Assembly (NCBI GenBank): GCA_029258795.1 | Contig: JAPDKB010000005.1 | Location: 1-54,041 of the forward strand | DNA: 54,041 nt | Reading direction: 5' to 3' | Origin: an archaeon | Lineage (GTDB): Archaea > EX4484-52 > WAPT01 | Shown: positions 1-10,606 of the stretch, piece by piece | Position numbering within the stretch: position 1 is the stretch's first letter | Layout of the letters: each line of letters begins with the position of its first letter | Translations under genes and position numbers: made by a program | Notes under the pieces: generated by a model | Seen by the model: only the letters and a program-made list of their open reading frames with translations | Told to the model about the DNA's origin: nothing | The model's database searches: none

Positions 1-2
1 TT

Positions 3-677
3 AGATTATATTATTCACTACTTACAAAATTTGTTGCCATTTCGCCTTATGTGATTGAAGAATTAAGATCCAAAGGTTTTGATACATCTAAAGCGATCAT
101 TATAGAAAATCCTATTACTGATGATTTTTTTGAAGTATCAAAAAAGGAAGAAAATATAATTCTCTATCCTGCCACAATAACTCCACGAAAAAACCAACTA
201 GGTTTTTTAAAAGCTATAGCCATGATAAAAGACGAAATCAAAGATTATGAGATAATTTTTACAGGTTCAGGAGATTTAAGATATCTATCCATGATTAAAA
301 CTTTCATAAAAAAAGAAAATCTGAAAGTTAAATTCCTTGGGAAAATCTCGTTTGAAAAAATTCTGGAATTATATTCAAGAGCATCTATAGTAGCATTAAC
401 CTCATTTCAGGAGACATTACCAATGGCTGTGCTTGAAGCATTAGCAACAGGAACCCCAGTAATTGCCTCAAAAGTTGGTGGCACTCCTTATGTGTTGAAA
501 AGCTGTGGTTTTGTTGTGGATCCTCACAACCACAAAGAAATAGCAGAGAAATTGTTAACTTTAGTATTGGATAAAAATCTTAGAAAAAAAATCGGGCTAA
601 AAGCAAAAAGAAATGCTGAAATGTTCAGGAGTGAAAGAATCGCAAAAAAACTACTGGAATTATACTTATCCATTTAG
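3..677 (+). CDS. GT4 family glycosyltransferase (5' truncated by window edge)
   Basis: Frame is open from base 3. Contains RKN and ETLPMAVLEALATGTPVIAS (GT-B EX7E motif). Confidence 0.9.
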   Translation, partial: RLYYSLLTKFVAISPYVIEELRSKGFDTSKAIIIENPITDDFFEVSKKEENIILYPATITPRKNQLGFLKAIAMIKDEIKDYEIIFTGSGDLRYLSMIKTFIKKENLKVKFLGKISFEKILELYSRASIVALTSFQETLPMAVLEALATGTPVIASKVGGTPYVLKSCGFVVDPHNHKEIAEKLLTLVLDKNLRKKIGLKAKRNAEMFRSERIAKKLLELYLSI

Positions 678-688
678 CGGTAAAAACA

Positions 689-1645
689 CTATTTGTGTTT
701 TATCATCCAATCAACAGTTAATTCAACAGCTTCCTTGCTAGAATATTCAGGACGCCACCCTAAAGCCTTTATTTTTGTAATATCTAATTGCATTATTGGA
801 ATATCACCCTTCCACCCCCTTTTACCCCCAGTAAACTTAAATTCTGGGTTTAGTCCCATCTTTCTACAGACAATTTCTGCAATCTCAACAACTCTTATTC
901 TATCCTCACTACCTAGGTTGAAAACATTGACGGTTTCCTTGGCCTTTTCTAAAGCAAAAAGCATTCCATCTATACAATCTTTCACATATATGTACGATTT
1001 GGTTTGATTGCCATCTCCTAAGATTTCTAACTCATTTGGATTTTTCCTCAATTTTTGCACAAAATCATATATCACGCCGTGCGTCAATCTTGGTCCTATA
1101 ACATTTGCAAGTCTGAAAATCCATGCTTTCATTCCGTAAGTGTAACAGTAAGAGGAGATCAAAGCTTCGCAGGCAAGTTTTGTTGCACCATAGACTGATT
1201 CTGGAAGCAGCGGACCGTAATCTTCTGGAGTTGGTATCTGCTTTGCTGTCCCGTAAACTGTTGATGTTGATGTAAAAACAATTTTTTCCACATCATTTTT
1301 TCTCATCGCTTCCAGAAGATTGTAAGTGGCAATAAAATTCTGATCTATGTGTTCTTTAGGGTTTATCGCGCTTGACCTCACATCTGGATTTGCTGCAAGA
1401 TGAAAAACAATATCGACATCCTTCATGAGAGGTGTTAAATCATCACTTGCCAAATCCTTCTTGTGAAATTCGAAATAATTCGCGTTAAGGTGATGTTCTA
1501 CATGATCTATTTTTCCGGAGGAGAGATTATCGATAGCAATTATTTTACAATTTCTATTACTTAGAGCATCAACAAGATGAGAACCTATAAATCCTGCTGC
1601 GCCAGTGACCACTATTGTAATACCTTCTTTTCTCTTCATTATCAT
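689..1645 (-). CDS. NAD-dependent epimerase/dehydratase (GalE-like extended SDR)
   Basis: TGAAGFIG, STSTVYG and YGATK catalytic motifs. Confidence 0.92.
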   Translation of the reverse strand: MIMKRKEGITIVVTGAAGFIGSHLVDALSNRNCKIIAIDNLSSGKIDHVEHHLNANYFEFHKKDLASDDLTPLMKDVDIVFHLAANPDVRSSAINPKEHIDQNFIATYNLLEAMRKNDVEKIVFTSTSTVYGTAKQIPTPEDYGPLLPESVYGATKLACEALISSYCYTYGMKAWIFRLANVIGPRLTHGVIYDFVQKLRKNPNELEILGDGNQTKSYIYVKDCIDGMLFALEKAKETVNVFNLGSEDRIRVVEIAEIVCRKMGLNPEFKFTGGKRGWKGDIPIMQLDITKIKALGWRPEYSSKEAVELTVDWMIKHK

Positions 1646-1708
1646 AAGTATCCTATTAACAATAGAAAAAATTAAATAAGTCTTCTAAGGCAGGATGAAC
1701 ATCAGCTT

Positions 1709-3022
1709 CTATACTTGTGAGTGGCCTTCAACATAATCTCTTGCTTGCTTCACAACAGCATCCATATTTAAGTAATCCCATCTTGCGAATCTACCAACAA
1801 GGTCAATCCCCATGTCTTTAAGGAATTTGTGAATAATTCTTAGATTTTCCTTATAATTTAGATCATAGATAACGTAAGCATACCTTATTCGATTAACGGT
1901 AATACAAATAATGTCTCTTTTGTCTATTATTCCGAGTTTGTCCAAGTCATCCAAAACCCTCTCGCTTATTTCTTTATCGCTCATTCTACTTATTTCGTCC
2001 CCCTCTCGATAGGTTATCTCAGCCAACAGAGATGATTTGCCTTCCGGAGCTACGTACGGTGAATAGTTTGATGGAAAACTGATCCTATGTGTCAGTATTT
2101 CTCTATCCGGAATATAAAGCCAAGAGAAATCATTAAGCTTGGGTCTGTCAATCCCAATCCCCACCGTTATTATAGAATTAAATTTCAAATTTTCTACAGC
2201 TTTTGTGATTTCTTTCGTAACATTTTCTAATGTTTTGAATAATTCTTGTAATGGTATTGTAGATATCAATTTATCAAACTCAAATTCACGTTTACCATTC
2301 GAAACGACCCATTTTCCGTCTTCTTTTTTTATTTTTTTGACTTCAAAATTTGTGATCACATTATCCTTTATCGATTCTTCAAAAGCTTTTGCCAAACTCT
2401 GTATTCCTCCAAATTTAGGATAATAAAAATAGAGCTGATGAGTGTATCCTTCGGTTGAAATCCCTAAGGATGACTTTATTATATCTTCGATAGGTGGTTG
2501 TGGTATTCGTTCTACCCAGACCATGCTCATTTCTTCAAGAGGAAATTTCCAAATCTTTTCATTATATGGAATCAGGTATTTTTCAGCAATCCCCTTTCCA
2601 AATGTATAGTAGAACCACTCTTTTAGGTTTACTGGTGGCTTTAACAATCCTCTCTCTTTTGCAATGAGATTTTGGACGAAATAATAAAGACATTCAAAGT
2701 TATCTTGTCTTGGTAAATCGGAGAGACCATTTTCAAATGGATACTTAATGTATCGACCTTTATATAGAATTTTTGTATTTCTTTTTCTTTTAATAATATT
2801 AGTTTTAAGCAAAGATACAAGAAATTCGAGGATTTCTTTGTCTTTAGAAAAGATAATGTGTGAGCCGCCAATATCAAACGTGAAACCGTCAATGTTGACC
2901 GATCTTAATAAACCAGAAGTTTCGGGATTTTTTTCTAAAATTTTGAAATTGTAACCTTTCAGGTGAAAAAAATATCCCAAAGAAAGACCAGCTAAGCCAC
3001 CGCCGAGTATCCCAATTTTCAT
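1709..3022 (-). CDS. FAD-dependent oxidoreductase, UDP-galactopyranose mutase-like / protoporphyrinogen oxidase-like
   Basis: GGGLAG dinucleotide fold, DIGGSHI, and C-terminal GRFARWDYLNMD resembling UGM; lies in a sugar cluster. Confidence 0.7.
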   Translation of the reverse strand: MKIGILGGGLAGLSLGYFFHLKGYNFKILEKNPETSGLLRSVNIDGFTFDIGGSHIIFSKDKEILEFLVSLLKTNIIKRKRNTKILYKGRYIKYPFENGLSDLPRQDNFECLYYFVQNLIAKERGLLKPPVNLKEWFYYTFGKGIAEKYLIPYNEKIWKFPLEEMSMVWVERIPQPPIEDIIKSSLGISTEGYTHQLYFYYPKFGGIQSLAKAFEESIKDNVITNFEVKKIKKEDGKWVVSNGKREFEFDKLISTIPLQELFKTLENVTKEITKAVENLKFNSIITVGIGIDRPKLNDFSWLYIPDREILTHRISFPSNYSPYVAPEGKSSLLAEITYREGDEISRMSDKEISERVLDDLDKLGIIDKRDIICITVNRIRYAYVIYDLNYKENLRIIHKFLKDMGIDLVGRFARWDYLNMDAVVKQARDYVEGHSQV

Positions 3023-4068
3023 TTTTTATCCCTCCTATATAGGATCCGTTTGGGTTTTTCATTATCAAAGATTCCTCTAACCCCGTCCATATAAGCTAAA
3101 GTTACAAATAACATTCTCCTAAGTTTGTGATCGTCAAATAAGATGACTTTGCCAATATCCCGAAAATACCTTTTTAACAATCCTACTATAAATATTAATT
3201 TATTTCTCGAATATATTTTCCAAAGATATGTCAAATTTCGAATTTCATAATATCTTTTCCAAAATTTTTCGTAAGGATCTCTATAAAGCGTTCTATTCAA
3301 GAACTGTTTTTTTATAGATTTATTTTTTTTCATTTCCTCTTTATGAACTATAATGCTGCTAGGTATCAAATATATTTTTCCAACTCTTCTTAAGCGAAGG
3401 CAGTATTCAACATCATCACAATAAATAAAAAACCTCTTTTCTGGAAATCCTATTTTTTTGATAGCTTTTGAGCTCACTAGAATGCCAACAAATGAAGCAT
3501 GATCTATTTCCGCATATTCTCTATTCTCATAATCTTCTTCTTTTATGGATTTTACGATGTGCTTGGAAGGATCCCTAAAATTGAAGCGTCCTCTGTGACC
3601 TATAAACTTCCCGTTTTCATCAACTTTTAAACAAGCTAGTGCAGCCGCACTAGGTAAATTGATATATTTTACAAGTTTTTCTAGAGCGTCTTCTTTTGGT
3701 TCAGCATCATCGTCCATTAGCCATACCCAATCATATCCGGCTTTGTAAGCTCTCTTTACTCCCTCGTAGAATCCACCAGAACCACCTACATCTTTGTAGA
3801 TCCTAATATAATGAATCTTTATCGGTTTGCCATTTGGACTATATATAGTATTTTCAGTTTCCCAAGAACAGCCTCTATGTCTCGTGGGAGGTAGCTTTTT
3901 AATAAATCCACACTCTAATAGTGATTCTGGGGTTCCATCAGTTGAAGGACCATCAACTATGAAAATTGCATCTGGGGGGTGTGTTTGACTTCTTAAACTG
4001 TTGAGACATTCTAGAAGAAGTTTTTTACGATTGAAGGTTACGACAATAGAGGCTATTTTGTAGTTCAT
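3019..4068 (-). CDS. GT2 family glycosyltransferase (GlfT1/rhamnosyltransferase-like)
   Basis: IVVTFNR, GGSGGF, WLMDDD and DDVEY motifs; 4-bp overlaps with both neighbours. Confidence 0.88.
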   Translation of the reverse strand: MNYKIASIVVTFNRKKLLLECLNSLRSQTHPPDAIFIVDGPSTDGTPESLLECGFIKKLPPTRHRGCSWETENTIYSPNGKPIKIHYIRIYKDVGGSGGFYEGVKRAYKAGYDWVWLMDDDAEPKEDALEKLVKYINLPSAAALACLKVDENGKFIGHRGRFNFRDPSKHIVKSIKEEDYENREYAEIDHASFVGILVSSKAIKKIGFPEKRFFIYCDDVEYCLRLRRVGKIYLIPSSIIVHKEEMKKNKSIKKQFLNRTLYRDPYEKFWKRYYEIRNLTYLWKIYSRNKLIFIVGLLKRYFRDIGKVILFDDHKLRRMLFVTLAYMDGVRGIFDNEKPKRILYRRDKK

Positions 4069-5381
4069 TCTGAATCCCTCTTATTGTAGCTTACTAGGGA
4101 TTGTATTATAACTTCACACCCCAAAGTCTTCTCAATGTCACCGAACACTAGTTTTTTTAATTTTAATTGTTTTCTCTTGTTTGAAAAATTTTGATCTAAG
4201 CTCTTTAATAGTTCATCAATTAAGCACTCAATTGTAGTACAGATGCGACTTGGTATTATTTCGTTAAGCTCAAAATAAAGTTCACGATCTCGTTCCTTGT
4301 ACATCTTGTAATCAGGGAAGAAATATACTATGGGCTTGTCTAGCAGCAAATAGTCAAATTGTACAGAAGATATATCTGTAATAAGAACATCAGAAGTTAG
4401 GAGGTACGGATATATATCTTCTTCCGATTTGAGATAGATTATGTTTTTGCTTTGATTTGATGTTACATATTCCAGTGTCACCCTTTTTAACATACGATCC
4501 CAAGGGTGAGGTTTAATAATAAATAATGCGTGTAACTTAGAACAAATAGCATCTATTGTCCTTAATTCTTCAAAAGACAAAACACGCCAGTTAGTATCTC
4601 TGAAAGTTGGGAGATAAAATATTAACTTATATCCTTTTGCTTTTTTAGATAGTAACATTTGATAACATTTCTTATCGATACCTATTTCCCATCCTTTAAA
4701 CAACTCTGGACGTAGAAGAAAATCATTTCTAGGATAGTTTCCGACAATGAGTTTATCTTCAGACACCCTGAATGCTGAGGAAAATATCTTTTTATATGCT
4801 TTTGACGGACAGAGTACTTTATCGTATCTCACGAAACGAGGGAAATGAATTAATCGTCTTAGATAAACACTGAATGTCGGATCGTTTTGAGCAAAATATT
4901 GAAGAACTATATCGTTCTTGTTGTCAAATTCGATCTTCTTTATTGGAATACCATGCCAAAGTTGAACTTTCCGTGCCCAAAATGTCAACGCATACACTAT
5001 TCCAAAACCCCTAAGAGACCAATCTAAATTATCGACAATGAGGACTTCCGCCCGAGTTAGCAATATAAATCCTTTAAGTGAATATAAATATGCTGTTAAA
5101 TAACCATTCTTTTTTAAACAATTATATAAGTCCTTATCTGAAGTAACAAATATAACCTTGATTGGAAATTCTGAAGTCTTAGTTTGAATATATAGATAAA
5201 AATATTTTGCATTATCCAAAAATTTTCCTCCATCTCTACCAATTACGATCCACAATCCATTTTCCTTTCTAACAAATAAGGAAAAAAAGACCAATGGATA
5301 AAATATAAGTAATCTCATAAAAATCGACATAACTGATTGTATGGTCTTAATTGACTTAGTAATAGAGTGATTAACTGACAC
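4065..5381 (-). CDS. CDP-glycerol:glycerophosphate transferase family (TagF/TagB-like)
   Basis: QLWHGIPIKK, GNYPRND, YLPTFRD, KPHP and LITDISSVQFDY are the conserved TagF-family motifs. Confidence 0.9.
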   Translation of the reverse strand: MSVNHSITKSIKTIQSVMSIFMRLLIFYPLVFFSLFVRKENGLWIVIGRDGGKFLDNAKYFYLYIQTKTSEFPIKVIFVTSDKDLYNCLKKNGYLTAYLYSLKGFILLTRAEVLIVDNLDWSLRGFGIVYALTFWARKVQLWHGIPIKKIEFDNKNDIVLQYFAQNDPTFSVYLRRLIHFPRFVRYDKVLCPSKAYKKIFSSAFRVSEDKLIVGNYPRNDFLLRPELFKGWEIGIDKKCYQMLLSKKAKGYKLIFYLPTFRDTNWRVLSFEELRTIDAICSKLHALFIIKPHPWDRMLKRVTLEYVTSNQSKNIIYLKSEEDIYPYLLTSDVLITDISSVQFDYLLLDKPIVYFFPDYKMYKERDRELYFELNEIIPSRICTTIECLIDELLKSLDQNFSNKRKQLKLKKLVFGDIEKTLGCEVIIQSLVSYNKRDSE

Positions 5382-5387
5382 TGGGCA

Positions 5388-6956
5388 TCACACTCCGAGA
5401 TGTTTTTCCAGAAAAGATTTAAAGAATTTAGGGTTCTCTCCTAATAAAATTCTCTCCATTAGGCTATCTAAATTCCATATCATCTCAAAACTTGTGTCTC
5501 CTGTCAAAAATAGAATTGGCAATATCCCACTTTTGAGCGCCATTTTGACATCAGTTTCTAATCGATCACATACATAACATGTTTCTGAAGGCTGGGTTTC
5601 ATTTTCCCTAATTGACTCTGTTAGCATCTTAGGATTTGGTTTTCCACCTACGAGTTCTGGTATTTTGTTCGTTACAAGTTCAATTATTTTACCAATACTT
5701 CCAGCGTCAGGAATAAAGCCACCGTCAATTGGACATTTAATATCCGGATGTATTAACCAGAATCTCGACCCACTCTCTATAAATAGACAAGCTTTTTTGA
5801 GTTTTTCGTAGGTAAGTTCTGTATCGAAACCAACTAACACAACATCTGGATGTTCTTCAGTAAAGTTTACTGAATATTTTTCTGCTAAATATTCAATCGA
5901 TTCTCTTGGCAATAGGGGATACACCTTAATCTTCCCAACCTTGTTAATTTCTTTTCCAATGTAATCTAGTGAACTAAAAATACAACTTACTGGAATGTCA
6001 ACATTTAATATTTTTGAAAGTCTCTCCGCATGAGATATATTCGACATTGAGGAATTGTTAGTAATAAAATACACCTTTTTTCTAGTGGCCATTAGATATT
6101 TTATTAATTCAGAACTTCCATCTATTTTTATGTTTCCTAAAATTAATGTACCATCTATATCAAATGCATATAGTTTTACTCGTTTAAGATGCTCTAGTGA
6201 ATTTAATAACTTCAAACGATATTCTGCCCGTTTTAGGTCTATCTCATTATCAATTTCCCACCAAATTAGACCGGTAATATCTTTAGGTACCATTACTAGC
6301 ACATCATCTTGAAGCGCTTTTTGTATTGCAACTTCTGTCCATTTGCCGAGGTCATTTTTATCGATGTACTGCCGTTTAATTACTTCAAAGAGCTTCATCA
6401 TATCAGTTTGTCGAAATCCGTAGAAGTCTATAGAAACCCCGTTAGATTCTTTTATCGGTATGTTTTTTGAGATATTAGTTATCTTACCATTTACTATGGT
6501 AACCTTCATAGACTCGTCCAAATATAACGAAGTATCAACAGCAATTGTTGAAATATTAACATTGTCTAGCGCTTTGGCTATTTTTGGTTCTATCACCACA
6601 TCTCCATTTATCACAAAATAATAGTCGTATTCTTTGAGATCTATCGAAGATAATGCTAAGAACAACGAATACATATTGTTTGTACACTCATAATTATCAT
6701 TTATGATTATAGTAACATTTTTTCTATTTTTTCTTTTTTTTATGTATCTTTCTATTTCATGCGATTTATATCCAGAAACAATAACAATATCTCTAACTGA
6801 AGTACTTTCCAAAGCTGTAAGCTGATACTCTAAAATGGGTTTTCCAAGCACTTCTACCAAACATTTTGGCCTTGAACATGTTTCAGGTTTTAATCTACTC
6901 CCAATACCTGCAGCTAAGATAATTGCAATTTTCCCATTTGCATTATTGTGAGACAT
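5388..6956 (-). CDS. Fusion of LicC-like NTP transferase and HAD-IIA (NagD-like) phosphatase
   Basis: N-half LAAGIGSRL..PKCL, NGDV, WEID. C-half FDIDGT, ITNNS, GKP, DRLETD. Confidence 0.85.
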   Translation of the reverse strand: MSHNNANGKIAIILAAGIGSRLKPETCSRPKCLVEVLGKPILEYQLTALESTSVRDIVIVSGYKSHEIERYIKKRKNRKNVTIIINDNYECTNNMYSLFLALSSIDLKEYDYYFVINGDVVIEPKIAKALDNVNISTIAVDTSLYLDESMKVTIVNGKITNISKNIPIKESNGVSIDFYGFRQTDMMKLFEVIKRQYIDKNDLGKWTEVAIQKALQDDVLVMVPKDITGLIWWEIDNEIDLKRAEYRLKLLNSLEHLKRVKLYAFDIDGTLILGNIKIDGSSELIKYLMATRKKVYFITNNSSMSNISHAERLSKILNVDIPVSCIFSSLDYIGKEINKVGKIKVYPLLPRESIEYLAEKYSVNFTEEHPDVVLVGFDTELTYEKLKKACLFIESGSRFWLIHPDIKCPIDGGFIPDAGSIGKIIELVTNKIPELVGGKPNPKMLTESIRENETQPSETCYVCDRLETDVKMALKSGILPILFLTGDTSFEMIWNLDSLMERILLGENPKFFKSFLEKHLGV

Positions 6957-7224
6957 TTTAAACTACCCTAGGTATTTTCTTATTTATCATCCATATACTT
7001 TTAATAATGGTCGTGATAATGACTTATTTTTTTGGTTAAGATAATTAGGACTCTCGTAGAAAATGTGGTTATAGTGGTTTGCCTAAATTCTGAAAATAAA
7101 CACAAAATAAACATAAATTAAATTTCAATCATGTTCATAGGAGAGCATCCCAAATTGAAGAAAAATCAATTAAAAGGCATCACTTCTAAAAATATCACAC
7201 CATACAAAACCACAAGGAGGCGAC

Positions 7225-7790
7225 ATCCCTTAGATACCCATCCTCCATCAAACAGTTTCAAAAAAAGCATTCAAATATAACAAAACATCTTTAAAACTAA
7301 GAATCCTCGCAGTTGTCTTATTCTTGCAGGAGCTGGGAATAAGGAGAATTAAGCAAGATAATAAACAACAGATCAAAAACTGCAATACCATTACTAGATC
7401 TTAAAATTTAGAGAAGATCTAAACTACAGAGCTGAAAGGGAAGAGAGAAAATGCATAGCCAATAGATGGACGAAGATAAGGTTAACAGTGTGGGTATTTT
7501 TATCTATGTTGCTGTGGATATAGACACAAAAAATTGATAGCGACAAAATCCTACATAACAAGAAATTGCCCCAAAATGTTTGATTTTATTAAAACGTGTT
7601 CTGGGTTTTTGTTTTAACAGAGATTTCAAGATAATAACCGATAAGATGCTCCTGCCATGGAGTGGGTTCGCAAGAGGTTGGGAACAAGATGGAAGCATAC
7701 AACTTTTGGGAAGAGAAATTATGTTGAGCATGTATTTACCTTCTCTTGTGGGTGAAGATGTTTATGTTTTTTATTGGAAGTAGTTGAGAA
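7225..7790 (+). pseudogene. Degenerate IS6-family DDE transposase
   Basis: Read across frameshifts: LRILAVVLFLQ.LGIRRI (HTH), RKCIA-ID-TKI (~7447-7478), YVAVDIDTK (7505-7531), IITDKM..PW (7631-7660), TFGKRNYVEHVF (7702-7737). Boundaries approximate. Confidence 0.8.
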
Positions 7791-7834
7791 GGAAGGTTGA
7801 AATTAGAATGATTTCAATCGTCCAAGTTTAAATA

Positions 7835-9376
7835 CTAGCTCATATCTTTTCTCCCAAGAATGGTAACTAATCGATCTAGGTTTATGCCAAGTCTTCTCTC
7901 GATCTTCCTCATTAATTCTATATCTTCCCTATCAACTGCTCTCAAAAGCACGAGAATCGTAACGTACAGTATGAGAAACGCAGCTAAAAACACCAGAGCA
8001 ACAATAATATTCACTCTGAAAAATCCAGAGATGATAAGGTTTATAAGAAAAAGGGAAAACAGACCGGCAACTATCGATTTAATGTATGTGGTTGTCAGCG
8101 GCTGTATTTTTGAAACTGAATAAAGTTTGGTTGAGGCAAGCAGATTAACAAGCAGAAGAGATGTTGCTGAAGCTGTGGCAGCCCCCACCACACCATATCT
8201 TGGTATCAAGACGTAGTTAAGAAGCACGTTTGAGAAAGCACCCATTAAGTTGGAAAACAGAATAAACCTTGTTTCTCCAATGACAACAAGCGTATAACTA
8301 TTCAATCCAAGCATAACATTCACCATGAACGCTGCAGCTAAGATTTGCAGAGCTTTGGAAGCGGCGAGATACTCTTTTCCAAAAAGAAGGTTTATCGTTG
8401 CTTCAGGGAACACGAAGAGCACAGCAAAAAACGGAAAAGCTGCAAAGAACACCCATTTCGTCAACACCTGATATATTCGCCCAATTTCTTTTATTTTCTT
8501 CTTGGAATAAAGAGCAGAGCAAAACGGACCGTAAATAAATGCCACAAGCCCCAAGAATAAACTCAGCTGCTTCGCAACAGGAACCGCAACGTTGTAGACA
8601 CCAACCACCCTATCCCCATAAAAGTAACCCAGCATGAGAGTATCGGTCCATGTCATCACCATGCCCAGAATCGAGCTGATGACAAGCGGGGTTGAGAAGA
8701 ACAGCAGTGTTTTTGCCGTTTTCTTGTTCACCTTAAAAATGGATATTTTTGTTAGATTCTTTGCAATCCGGAAATACGTCAGACTTAAGAAAAGATAGAG
8801 CATCCCAACACCCAAAATAAGAAAATGGATCGGAACATCCATCATCACACATGCGATTATCACCAAAAACAATCCGAAAGGAATTCCGAAGGAAGAAATC
8901 ACAGCATATTCTTTAGCTTTTTCAAAACCCCTCGCAACATTAGCCAGAACCGAAGTTATTGGCATGAAAAAAGCGGCAACAATTCCAAACGTTATCGCTC
9001 TTGAAGCTTCGGGATTGTGCAGCAACACCTCCGCAATTTCATCCCTCAGAATAAACAGAAACGCCGACACCAAAGATGATGTTGCGATAACCACGAATAG
9101 TGCGGAAGAGGCTATCTGACTGATTTTATCCTTTCTATCGCGGTAATATCCTATAAACCTTACCACGCCCTCCCCCAGGCCGAGAGTGGCAAGCACTGTG
9201 GTTATGGAGACTATGGTCAGGAACATTGAATAAACACCATACTCCCCTGGAGTATAATGTCTTGCAAGGATGATTCTGTTCAGGAAGGAGAAGATCTTGC
9301 CGGCAGCAGTACCCACAAGCAAATAAGCAGCTCCTCTTGCAATCTTGCTCAGTCCAACGCTGACCTCATCCTCCAT
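7835..9376 (-). CDS. Wzx/MOP-family oligosaccharide flippase
   Basis: Polytopic membrane protein with ARHYTPGEYG, TDTLMLGY..VGVY and LIPRYGVVGAA motifs. Confidence 0.9.
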   Translation of the reverse strand: MEDEVSVGLSKIARGAAYLLVGTAAGKIFSFLNRIILARHYTPGEYGVYSMFLTIVSITTVLATLGLGEGVVRFIGYYRDRKDKISQIASSALFVVIATSSLVSAFLFILRDEIAEVLLHNPEASRAITFGIVAAFFMPITSVLANVARGFEKAKEYAVISSFGIPFGLFLVIIACVMMDVPIHFLILGVGMLYLFLSLTYFRIAKNLTKISIFKVNKKTAKTLLFFSTPLVISSILGMVMTWTDTLMLGYFYGDRVVGVYNVAVPVAKQLSLFLGLVAFIYGPFCSALYSKKKIKEIGRIYQVLTKWVFFAAFPFFAVLFVFPEATINLLFGKEYLAASKALQILAAAFMVNVMLGLNSYTLVVIGETRFILFSNLMGAFSNVLLNYVLIPRYGVVGAATASATSLLLVNLLASTKLYSVSKIQPLTTTYIKSIVAGLFSLFLINLIISGFFRVNIIVALVFLAAFLILYVTILVLLRAVDREDIELMRKIERRLGINLDRLVTILGRKDMS

Positions 9377-9617
9377 GGAGAAATAAGCTGGCTGATTATT
9401 TTTTTAAAAACTCATTTCACGGAGCTTTGGGAGAGATAGAATTTGTTGAGAGTTAAGTATAATACTTTACTTTCAACTTTCTACGCGCTTCTTTACAGGC
9501 CATCGAAAATTAAGAACATGAGGACTAGCAGGCATGGTTGAATAATTTTAATTAATTAAAATTTAAATTTAATATATTGAACATAAATTTTATAAAATGA
9601 AAAACAAATTAAAAAAT

Positions 9618-10166
9618 ATGAGCTTGTTGAGAGAGCTCAGAAAATTTGTTCCGATAAAAGTGCTGGAACATTTCATTAAAAACCCCACACAAGAATTCTA
9701 TGCTCGCGAAATAGCTACAGCAATAAAAGCAAGCCCTGCAAGCGTTAAAAACTGTTGTGATCTGCTTGCTCGAGAAGGCATACTGAAATCGAGAAAAAGA
9801 GGGAGAATGATATTTTACAAGTTGGATAACGATATTTTTCTAGTCAAGGAACTCAAACGTGCATACCATCTTCTGCTGCTCAAAGAAGCGGGCATAGAAA
9901 AAATATGCAGCGAGGGTACGATTGCGATTTACGGTAGCATCTCCAGCGGGGATGTTGACGAGAGAAGCGATATCGACGTACTTGTTATTGGATACGGAGA
10001 AAACGTTGACTTTAACACAATTAAAAAAATCGAAAACAATCTTGGTCGTAAGATACATCTCACAATTTTCACACCGATACAGTGGGAGGCTTTGAAAAAA
10101 CGTGGAGATCCATTCGTCAAGAACGTTCTCAAAAACCATATTCTTGTGAGGGGTGCAGAACTATGA
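9618..10166 (+). CDS. wHTH + minimal nucleotidyltransferase (MNT antitoxin)
   Basis: ArsR-like HTH followed by YGSISSG..SDID; ATGA overlap with the HEPN gene. Confidence 0.85.
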   Translation: MSLLRELRKFVPIKVLEHFIKNPTQEFYAREIATAIKASPASVKNCCDLLAREGILKSRKRGRMIFYKLDNDIFLVKELKRAYHLLLLKEAGIEKICSEGTIAIYGSISSGDVDERSDIDVLVIGYGENVDFNTIKKIENNLGRKIHLTIFTPIQWEALKKRGDPFVKNVLKNHILVRGAEL

Positions 10167-10606
10167 AAGTGGAAGACTGCATTAAAAACGGGCTGATTAA
10201 GAAAGATGGGAACGCCAAGGGCAGGGTTGATAAATCCATTGAGATAGCTCAACGGTTTTTAGAATCAGCAAAAAGAAACTTTGAAATAGAGGACTATGTG
10301 ATGAGTAGCATAGCTGCTTATAATTCTGCTTTTCATTCGGCTAGAGCTCTGCTTTTCTCGAAAGGGTATGTTGAAAGAAGTCACACATGCCTGATAGTAG
10401 CTCTGAAAGAGATGTTCAAAAAAGAGATTTTGTTGGTTGATTTTCTCAACACACTGGATCGTTTGAGAATGACTAGACACAAAGTGCAGTATGGAGGATA
10501 TCTAATAACAAAAGAGGAAGCAGAGTTTCTGGTTGACTTTGCAGAGGAATTTCTGAACCACGCAAGAGAAATCCTCAAATCAGTATCAGAGCAGCAAGAC
10601 AGATGA
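10163..10606 (+). CDS. HEPN domain protein
   Basis: AYNSAFHSARALL, SH and RHKVQY motifs; translationally coupled to the MNT gene. Confidence 0.85.
   Translation: MKVEDCIKNGLIKKDGNAKGRVDKSIEIAQRFLESAKRNFEIEDYVMSSIAAYNSAFHSARALLFSKGYVERSHTCLIVALKEMFKKEILLVDFLNTLDRLRMTRHKVQYGGYLITKEEAEFLVDFAEEFLNHAREILKSVSEQQDR

Noticed and set aside
7048-9491. IS6 terminal inverted repeats enclosing the flippase
   Set aside because: Only CGTAGAAA (8 bp) matches between 7055-7062 and 9478-9485, which is too weak.
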